Below, one piece after another: positions 56,761 to 64,000 of a DNA stretch of 64,000 bases. The position numbers and the translations under genes are program-made. The notes beneath the pieces are model-generated. The model made no database searches. It was not told the origin of the DNA and worked only from the letters and a program-made list of their open reading frames with translations. Numbering within the stretch: position 1 is the first letter of the stretch; every line of letters begins with the position of its first letter. This DNA is from a virus, in the UHGV virus genome UHGV-1374997, one strand, 5' to 3'.

Positions 56761-59700
56761 AGCAATGAAAAAGCGAGCCTCTCGTAAAAGAGGGGAAATC
56801 ACAGTTCTTGGTCGGCATTGGGCAAGTTCGTCTCGTGTCTCGCTCACAGTCCAAGAAGGACAATCCCTTGAAAACATCATCACAGACTCCGTAAAAATTC
56901 TTCGGGCTAACCAAGCTATTACTCCTGCATATGCTGAATATCTAAAGAAGCATTGTGTTTGCCGTGTGGATTTTATCAATATCCCTAAAGAAAAATGGGC
57001 CGTCACCTATCCTGTGGATGGTCAGCGTGTCGAATTTTTCATTAAGCCCGGTAAAGGTGGCGGTAAAAATCCTTTTGCTACAATCCTTAACATTGTTGTA
57101 GCTGTCGCTGCTATCGCAGTGCCCGTACTTGCTCCGGCTTCATGGGGGTTGATGACAGCGGCGGGAGCCTTGACTTGGACTGGTGCCGCAGTAAGTTTTG
57201 GTATCTTAACGGTTGGCTCACTCGCTGTCAATATGCTTTGCCCTCCTGCAACGCCTAAACTTAGCGGACCTAAATCTTCCGAAAAAGAATCTCCTACCTA
57301 TTCAATCTCCGGAGCAAGAAATGGAGCGAATCCCTATGGTTTTGTTCCGCTTATCTTCGGAAGGAATAAGGTCACTCCTCCTTTGGCAGCGAAATCTTGG
57401 ACAAATATTGAATCGGATAAAACCTATTTCAATATGTGCGTTATCTGGGGGCACCCAGATATGTCCGTAAGAGATTTTAAAATTGGGGATACGCCTTTAG
57501 AAAACTTTAAAAATATTGACCACAGATTCCATCCTTCTACCACTGGTGAAGGGCTTGTCTATTTTGGCAAATCCTTTAATGAAGAAACCGTGGGGACTTT
57601 AATCTCGAAAGAAGCTGGATATATTACTCGGACAATGGGAGAATGCGATACAATCAGCTTAGACATTACGTTCTCCAAAGGGCTGACTTCCATCAATGAA
57701 AAAAATGGAGATAACTATGATCGTACCGTTGAGTTTGAAGCTGAATATAAATTAAAGAATGATACGGTATGGAAAGGACTTGTCGGGGGGTCATTCCCTA
57801 TTCGTGGGACATCTATCGAGCTTAAAAGAAAAACTGGCTTTTATTTAAACGCCGGAAGAAACTCTATTGTCTATAGTGATTTTTCTGGTAATATCAATAT
57901 GGCTGATGGAGAAACAGCTCCAGTTAATACCGTTCCATTAGCAAAAGTTATTCTTGTATCAACTCCTCATTATGAATTTGATGATGATGGAAGACAGCGG
58001 GTAACATATACATATTCATATACTTGCGAAGACTTGCGGGTAAGTTCTGTATCCGGTGCCGCTCCATATATTAATGAAGTAAAACATTATACGAAAAAAT
58101 GCGGATATGGACTTGGAAGCAGATGGGGATATACTTGCGTCGAAGTTTATGATTATTCGACTTATGAAATTGTCATTCCTGACCAATATGTGAATGGCAT
58201 TAACAAATTTGCCATCTCTGGACAGCAATTAAAGCCCTTGACCCGTACTTATACTGTGAATGTTCCTCACGGAGATTACGATGTTCGTATTCGAAGACTT
58301 ACTGATGATAATTCAAATAAGTATATCTATGATGAAGCTACGTGGGCGACGAAAAGGGCTATTGTAAATCGTCAATCTTTTTCAACTCCTGTTCCCGTAT
58401 GTGTTTCTGAATTGCGTATTCAGGCATCGGAACAGCTTTCTGGATACGTCGATAACTTTAATGCTATTTGCACGGCATTGATTCCAGACTTTAACACTAG
58501 CAATAATACGTGGGAATGGAGAGAAACGAGAAATCCCGCATCCGCTTATAGATACGCATTGACCTCCCGTCACGCTTTGAATACGCCCTATACGGAAGAT
58601 AAACTCGACGAACCGACATTGCGGGAGTTCCATAAATATTGTACCCGAATGGGTTGGACTTTCGACTTTGTTTGTGATACAGAAGAAAATCTGTGGTCAC
58701 GTCTTACCCAGATAGCTGCGGCAGCACGCGCTTCCGTAAGTACGGAGATAGATGGAAAGTATGGTGTAGTAATCGACGATAAGGATAAGGTACCTGTGCA
58801 GCAGTTCAACCAGCGTAATAGTTGGGGGTTCAGCATGGAAAAACTTTTCCCTAACGTCCCTCACGCGCTCAGAATCAAATTTGTTAACAGTGAAAATAAT
58901 TTCCTGCAATCGGAGGATTTCTGCTATGCGGACGGATTTGATAAAAACAATGCCACGGATATTCAAGAAATTGATTTTCCCGGCATTACTACGTGGACAA
59001 ACAACTGGAAGCAAGGAAGATATCATTTAGCCTCACAGCTTCTTCGTCCTTTAAGCGTTACAATCAATGCTGATTGGGAGCACAGAATGTGTCATCGCGG
59101 AGACGTTATTGAAATTTTCCATGACGTTCTCATGAACACTTTCGGGGCGGCTCGTGTTGTAGGGTTGATTTATCAGGATACGGAAGGGGCGGAATACATT
59201 GTTTATGAAAACTCCGAAAGGCCCATTGATACTCCTGCTGTAGGCGTCGTTCTTGACGATTCCATTGTTTTTAGTGAACGAGATGTACTTTATGGTATTG
59301 CAATCAGAAATCCATATGGAAAGACGGTCACATATCAAATTAGACCCGAATTTGGAGAAGAGCATTCCTATATCTATTTCACTTTTGCAATATCATATGC
59401 TACTACTCCCTATATTGGAGATTTAGCTAGCGTATCATTAATGGGCGAGGCGAATGATAAATACCTCGTAACTCAGATTGCCCCCGCTGAAAATTCCTCG
59501 GCGGAAATTAAGGCGATTCCATATTCTCCCGAAGTCCTCGACGCGGATAAAGGAGAAATTCCTCCTTGGAATCCTCCTATTATCATTGATAAATTGCCTA
59601 CCTATACTATCCCCAATCCTACTATTATACAGATAATTTCCGATGAGTCCATGCTCGTTAAGATTGGGCAGAATATCATTCCTCAAGTCGGTATCTGGTT

Positions 59701-61990
59701 TAAAGTTGGGGATGGAACCTCGTTAGATTGTGTGGTTTATGCTCGTGCAAAGAAAACACAAGAAACAGCTTGGGGCAATACTGTCCGAACTTCCGTATCC
59801 GAAGGATATGTAGTCATCTCGAATATGGAGTCTGGCGAGCTATATGACTTGTCTATCCAAGTTACCGATCCTGTACGGGGAATTAGCAGTGATTGGATAA
59901 CTCAAACCGGATATTTCGTTATTGGAAAAACCGCGCCGCCTCCTGATGTGGACGGCGTTACCGCTGAGCTTCTTCCTCCGTCCGGGGTAAAAATCAGTTG
60001 GAATCCCGTAGCCACTCTTGATATAGATTACTATGCTGTTCAAGGGGACATTACAGGGAAAACGATTGACACGAGTATCATACTTCCCGTCCCAAATAAA
60101 TTCGGCACATTGAATATGACAGTTAGCGCAGTGGATACGCTTGGAAATTTTTCCTTGCAACCTGCCCCCGTTTCTGTTACTATTCAAAAACCTAAAAACC
60201 CTGTCATTAAAACGGAAGTCACTATCGATGGCCTTAAATTGAGTTGGACAGATTGTACAACTTCTTGGCCTATCAAGAATTATGAAGTTCATGATGAATA
60301 TATGTCAAGAACGGAATTTTCTAATGTGACTTCAATATATGTGTCGCCAAGACCTGTGGGTAATTATAAATTCACAGTGAAAGCTATAGACATTTTTGGA
60401 AATGAATCTGGTACTGTTCCTGCATTTATTGAAGTGGATCTTCTCGGGAGGGTCCAGCCGACAGCAAGAATTGATGGCGCTGATATTCTGTTAGAATGGC
60501 CTATTGTATCGTCGGCGTTTCCGATAGATGAATTCGAAATCGTTGAAGGGGATTTCACTCCGGTAGGTAGGGCTAAAGTCAACTATTTCCGAGTTCCTGC
60601 GGGAGCTGTCGGGTTTCATGAATGGAAAATCCGAGCACGAGATATCGTCGGTAACTATGGAGATTGGGGTGAAGTTTCTATCGAGATTAAAGCCGCCGCA
60701 GCACCAACTGTAAAAGCGACAATTCAAGAAGATAAAATCCTTATTTCTTGGGTAGCGCCTTCAACAATCAATTTACCAATAACTGAATACGAGATAGAAA
60801 ATAGTACGACAGGAGAATCTTTCGGAAGGATTAATGCGACACAGATAGTCGTACCTCCTGAAAAAACCGGAAACCACATTTTCAGGGTTCGTAGTTGGGA
60901 TACTGGAGGAAATGCTGGAGCATGGGGTCAAACGAGTTTCCGAGTCGAAGCTCCCGGCAGAGTTTATATAACTCCTACCGTCATCGACAATAACGCGCTT
61001 CTTGTTTGGACTGAACCTTCCACGGTATTCTTTCCAATTCATCATTATGAGGTACTTCGTGGGGATGAATTGGAATACGCGGAACTTATTTTCAATGTCA
61101 ACGCTTTGATTGTCAATATCTTTGAAGCTGTATCCGGTAATTATACATATTGGGTTGTTCCGGTAGACGTAGCAGGTAACAAAGGCACCGCAACTCCCAT
61201 TACTTGCGTAATTTCTCAGCCTCCGGATTATGTTCTTTTCTATGATTGGGATTCCGTTTTCTCTGGAACACGCCATAATTTTGTTCTTGATGGCATTGGA
61301 GGGATGATTGGCCCTATCGTAGATGAGAATGAAACGTGGGCACAGAATATTGCACGATTCGGTGGAACGACAGCGAACTCTACATGGAAAAACAAGGTGG
61401 ATATTGCCGGACCTACTTGGATGGAACCAGCAGGTACAGAGGGGTGGTATCAAGAAGAATTTGATTATGGACAAATCATGCAGTCCATCAGACTTGTGGT
61501 CACACCTACGGTTCAAATTCTTTCCGGCACGCCTCTGTATTATGTTAAAGTTGAATTTAAAGTGGATGTGAATGACCCGTGGGAATTAGCCGCAGAAAAT
61601 GCTACGCCGGTGTTTTTACAGCGATTCCGGTATATCCGATTTACACTTGGAATGCTTCCGGACTCCACGGGACTTATCCGAGTGTCCGAACTGAACCTTA
61701 AATTCGACGTTAAAATTCGAAATGACTCTGGTGTCGCTTTGGCTGAGGCAAATACGAACGGTCCAGAATGGCCCGGAAACGCAAATGATACTGGAAATCT
61801 GGTAAACTTTTCTATGCCGTATCTCGATGTATGGGAAGTTACGGCTGCACCTGAAAGTGAAGATGCGGGATTGGTCGCCTTGGTTTCTTTCCAAGACATT
61901 CCTTCCCCCAAGTTTTTCAGAGTATCTCTTTTCAATAATAAGGGCGAACGCACTACGGGGAACGTAGTGTGGAAAGCAGTAGGAATATAA
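56750..61990 (+). CDS. fused gpI-like tail assembly domain + gpJ-like central tail fibre with about 8 FN3-like repeats (1746 aa)
   Basis: N-terminal hydrophobic GKGGGKNPFATILNIVVAVAAIAV... like gpI; repeated W-x-P/EY-E-V FN3-like segments. Confidence 0.8.
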   Translation: MRGKAMKKRASRKRGEITVLGRHWASSSRVSLTVQEGQSLENIITDSVKILRANQAITPAYAEYLKKHCVCRVDFINIPKEKWAVTYPVDGQRVEFFIKPGKGGGKNPFATILNIVVAVAAIAVPVLAPASWGLMTAAGALTWTGAAVSFGILTVGSLAVNMLCPPATPKLSGPKSSEKESPTYSISGARNGANPYGFVPLIFGRNKVTPPLAAKSWTNIESDKTYFNMCVIWGHPDMSVRDFKIGDTPLENFKNIDHRFHPSTTGEGLVYFGKSFNEETVGTLISKEAGYITRTMGECDTISLDITFSKGLTSINEKNGDNYDRTVEFEAEYKLKNDTVWKGLVGGSFPIRGTSIELKRKTGFYLNAGRNSIVYSDFSGNINMADGETAPVNTVPLAKVILVSTPHYEFDDDGRQRVTYTYSYTCEDLRVSSVSGAAPYINEVKHYTKKCGYGLGSRWGYTCVEVYDYSTYEIVIPDQYVNGINKFAISGQQLKPLTRTYTVNVPHGDYDVRIRRLTDDNSNKYIYDEATWATKRAIVNRQSFSTPVPVCVSELRIQASEQLSGYVDNFNAICTALIPDFNTSNNTWEWRETRNPASAYRYALTSRHALNTPYTEDKLDEPTLREFHKYCTRMGWTFDFVCDTEENLWSRLTQIAAAARASVSTEIDGKYGVVIDDKDKVPVQQFNQRNSWGFSMEKLFPNVPHALRIKFVNSENNFLQSEDFCYADGFDKNNATDIQEIDFPGITTWTNNWKQGRYHLASQLLRPLSVTINADWEHRMCHRGDVIEIFHDVLMNTFGAARVVGLIYQDTEGAEYIVYENSERPIDTPAVGVVLDDSIVFSERDVLYGIAIRNPYGKTVTYQIRPEFGEEHSYIYFTFAISYATTPYIGDLASVSLMGEANDKYLVTQIAPAENSSAEIKAIPYSPEVLDADKGEIPPWNPPIIIDKLPTYTIPNPTIIQIISDESMLVKIGQNIIPQVGIWFKVGDGTSLDCVVYARAKKTQETAWGNTVRTSVSEGYVVISNMESGELYDLSIQVTDPVRGISSDWITQTGYFVIGKTAPPPDVDGVTAELLPPSGVKISWNPVATLDIDYYAVQGDITGKTIDTSIILPVPNKFGTLNMTVSAVDTLGNFSLQPAPVSVTIQKPKNPVIKTEVTIDGLKLSWTDCTTSWPIKNYEVHDEYMSRTEFSNVTSIYVSPRPVGNYKFTVKAIDIFGNESGTVPAFIEVDLLGRVQPTARIDGADILLEWPIVSSAFPIDEFEIVEGDFTPVGRAKVNYFRVPAGAVGFHEWKIRARDIVGNYGDWGEVSIEIKAAAAPTVKATIQEDKILISWVAPSTINLPITEYEIENSTTGESFGRINATQIVVPPEKTGNHIFRVRSWDTGGNAGAWGQTSFRVEAPGRVYITPTVIDNNALLVWTEPSTVFFPIHHYEVLRGDELEYAELIFNVNALIVNIFEAVSGNYTYWVVPVDVAGNKGTATPITCVISQPPDYVLFYDWDSVFSGTRHNFVLDGIGGMIGPIVDENETWAQNIARFGGTTANSTWKNKVDIAGPTWMEPAGTEGWYQEEFDYGQIMQSIRLVVTPTVQILSGTPLYYVKVEFKVDVNDPWELAAENATPVFLQRFRYIRFTLGMLPDSTGLIRVSELNLKFDVKIRNDSGVALAEANTNGPEWPGNANDTGNLVNFSMPYLDVWEVTAAPESEDAGLVALVSFQDIPSPKFFRVSLFNNKGERTTGNVVWKAVGI

Positions 61991-62009
61991 TATATGGAGA
62001 ACCCCCGAA

Positions 62010-63980
62010 ATGGCAGAAGTACCTTCTAAAGTTGACGTTATTGTCGGCATGAAATCCGCATTTAGGTCTAATTTGAGTACGGATTGCGTAAGATGGAATT
62101 ATTCAAAACGCAATTTTGAGTACTGGAATGGAACTGAATGGGTGCTTGTCGGGGGTTCCTCTACCGGGGAAGGACGGTCAATTCAAGACAGCTTGTCTCT
62201 GTTCAATGTCCTTCCTCGGAATCCCTCCCTCAATCTTTTCGCGGACGAATATGAATACTCGTGGGGAAAGATTCCTCCGCAAATTGCATTCACCCGTAAT
62301 TCGTCAGCTACGTATTGGGGGCCTGACGGCGTATCTCATATCGCTGCGGCAGGAGAACCTCGTATTGATCATAATCCTGTTACGGGTGAATGCCTTGGCT
62401 GGCTTAGGGAGCCTCAAAGAACAAATTTTATAGATAATGTTGTTGTTAAAGGCGTAGGAACAGACGGAGCGCACTATGTAGAACCTTCTGCTAGCTTTAA
62501 TTTTAAATTTAGATCCAAAGTATATAAATATCGGGCGGGTACGCCTACGAATACTCAATTTGGTATTTATACCACAGGGATTATTCCAAAAGAAAATCAA
62601 ACGTATTTTAGTTCAATATTTTTTAGATGCGATAAAAATAACCCACTATCTATTATAAATATCGACACTCCGAATTATGTTGTTATCCAAGGCGGTGGGT
62701 TATCCGTAGATTTTAATTTCAAAACCAATACTATTATTAGAAAATCTGCCGCTATAACTGAAAATAATTTTGGTCTTGAGGATGTCGGGGATGGATGGTT
62801 TAGAGCATGGTTCCGTTTTAAAGGAGCAGAAAACGCAAATCTAAAAACGGGTATACGTATATATTTTAAAGACTCTACGGGGCTTGTTACAACTTTTGAC
62901 GGAGATGGTAAGTCCACCTTCTGGTATGCTTGCCCCCAAATGGAAGAATCCGAAGATTTTGATACTAAACCAACATCCCCGATTCCTACGGAAGGAACCG
63001 CCCAAGTTACAAGAGCCGAAGACAAGTTTTCTATAAATAACGGGATTACGTTTACTAGAGCATCACAAGCTACGTATTTTGATGCGGAAGGATACATGAG
63101 AACTGTCGGAAATGATGTTGAACGGCCTTTATATGATAATAAAACGGGTAAATTCATTTCTACGCTCACTGAAAAACAAAGAACGAATTATGCGACAACT
63201 TTCCGGCTTGGTCAAATTACAAAAGAAGAAACCCAAGATAAGTTCATTGGTCCGGCATATATCTTAAAACTTGATTCAAGTTCGAGTGCATCCCATTATT
63301 TAGAGCATAAATTGTACGCACCTACTGATATTCCAAATCACATAGGTGAGGACATAACCTTTTCGGCAGTAGTAAAACCTATAAACCATAATTATATTTG
63401 GCTTAGAATAGGCTCAGATATTTCGGGAATGGTAGGTCGTTATTCTGCTTTATATGATCTAGAAACAAGCTCTATCATAAAAGTTAGTAAACCAACATCC
63501 CCAAATGTAGTGTGGAGAGCTACCATAGAAAAGATGCGGAATGGATGGACCCAAGTTTCTATTGGAGCAAGAATATTAGAAGAATACTCTGAGGTAACAG
63601 ATTGGAAGGGGTTTTTTTCCGCTTTAATTTTTGCTGATGCTACAGGAAATATCATAATCGATGGAGATTCATTTTCGTCTATTTTAGTTGGAAATATTCA
63701 AACTGAGATCGGAATTGGATACTCATCTTATATCCCTATTGTCAATAATACCGCAACTACTCGTGCTATGGATAACTATACTAACGTATTTCCGACAAAG
63801 GACTCTCCATTTTTATTTAACCCGGTAAAACAAGCATTCTTCTTTAATGAGGGTGATGGAAAACGGGCATATAACTTAAAAACTACTAGAACAATCGAAT
63901 TTTCTATGGGCACCACGAAACAGTGCGTCGTTTTCCCCGCGCATTTAACAAATAGCCAACTTTCAGATTTAATTAGATAA
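62010..63980 (+). CDS. tail fibre / receptor-binding protein (656 aa)
   Basis: Position after the J-like gene; beta-rich. Confidence 0.6.
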   Translation: MAEVPSKVDVIVGMKSAFRSNLSTDCVRWNYSKRNFEYWNGTEWVLVGGSSTGEGRSIQDSLSLFNVLPRNPSLNLFADEYEYSWGKIPPQIAFTRNSSATYWGPDGVSHIAAAGEPRIDHNPVTGECLGWLREPQRTNFIDNVVVKGVGTDGAHYVEPSASFNFKFRSKVYKYRAGTPTNTQFGIYTTGIIPKENQTYFSSIFFRCDKNNPLSIINIDTPNYVVIQGGGLSVDFNFKTNTIIRKSAAITENNFGLEDVGDGWFRAWFRFKGAENANLKTGIRIYFKDSTGLVTTFDGDGKSTFWYACPQMEESEDFDTKPTSPIPTEGTAQVTRAEDKFSINNGITFTRASQATYFDAEGYMRTVGNDVERPLYDNKTGKFISTLTEKQRTNYATTFRLGQITKEETQDKFIGPAYILKLDSSSSASHYLEHKLYAPTDIPNHIGEDITFSAVVKPINHNYIWLRIGSDISGMVGRYSALYDLETSSIIKVSKPTSPNVVWRATIEKMRNGWTQVSIGARILEEYSEVTDWKGFFSALIFADATGNIIIDGDSFSSILVGNIQTEIGIGYSSYIPIVNNTATTRAMDNYTNVFPTKDSPFLFNPVKQAFFFNEGDGKRAYNLKTTRTIEFSMGTTKQCVVFPAHLTNSQLSDLIR

Positions 63981-64000
63981 AGGAAAAATCTCATTATGAA

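Noticed and set aside
60773-61516. 247-aa minus-strand ORF inside the tail fibre gene
   Set aside because: Antisense to the FN3-repeat region of the 1746-aa J-like gene; no RBS
1-64000. Integrated prophage with attL/attR or integrase
   Set aside because: No integrase, recombinase, repressor/anti-repressor or tRNA-overlapping att core found; the tRNA genes are a phage-type cluster, not an integration target. Treated as a phage genome segment

Overview
This window reads as one contiguous segment of a tailed-phage (Caudoviricetes) genome; no integrase or att site is visible. Coding density is high and sigma70-like TTGACA-N17-TAnnnT promoters with AGGAG-type RBSs occur throughout.

Coordinates ~200-6500 and 11400-24300 carry mostly minus-strand early and accessory genes. 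These include a GNAT acetyltransferase, an MT-A70 adenine methylase, Lar-like zinc-ribbon proteins and small acidic proteins. A lysis cassette (M15 endolysin, 3TM holin, accessory protein), an Rnl2-like RNA ligase, a RuvC-like resolvase, a primase-polymerase/SF3 helicase and a Dda/RecD-like helicase are also here. Several of the early genes (five are listed) have their own promoter, and eight early genes share a near-identical translation-initiation context.

Coordinates 7075-10750 (+) hold an isolated P27-type small terminase. It is followed by a DUF2828 + vWA(MIDAS) gene split by a +1 frameshift in an A7 run, and by a six-member tRNA cluster. The first member has no canonical anticodon arm; the others read Lys-TTT, Met/Ile-CAT, a class-I UAA tRNA, Asn-GTT and Ser-TGA.

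Coordinates 24400-41000 (+) encode a replication, recombination and nucleotide-metabolism block: SNF2 helicase, DUF2800 Cas4-like nuclease, DUF2815 SSB, HU, RdgC-like protein, family-A DNA polymerase, RtcB RNA ligase, a ThyX-like protein, a free-standing GIY-YIG homing endonuclease, dUTPase, NrdD/NrdG anaerobic RNR and a P-loop kinase.

Coordinates 41200-64000 (+) encode an HK97/lambda-like virion module: portal, prohead protease/scaffold, major capsid, connector, major tail protein, G/GT chaperones with an A_AAA_AAC -1 slip site, tape measure, gpM/L/K/I-J-like tip proteins and a fibre. An IS200/IS605-family TnpB element sits between the gpL-like and gpK-like genes.

The most unusual non-coding features are:
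- a 12-unit, exactly 10-bp-phased (N6)TGAC array upstream of terS;
- a GTGATCA iteron field with an AT-rich core, likely an origin, next to the primase;
- a 37-bp tandem repeat;
- an 18-bp dyad operator present in three copies before the lysis and head modules;
- a triplicated target segment at the TnpB right end.

No large terminase is present in the window.
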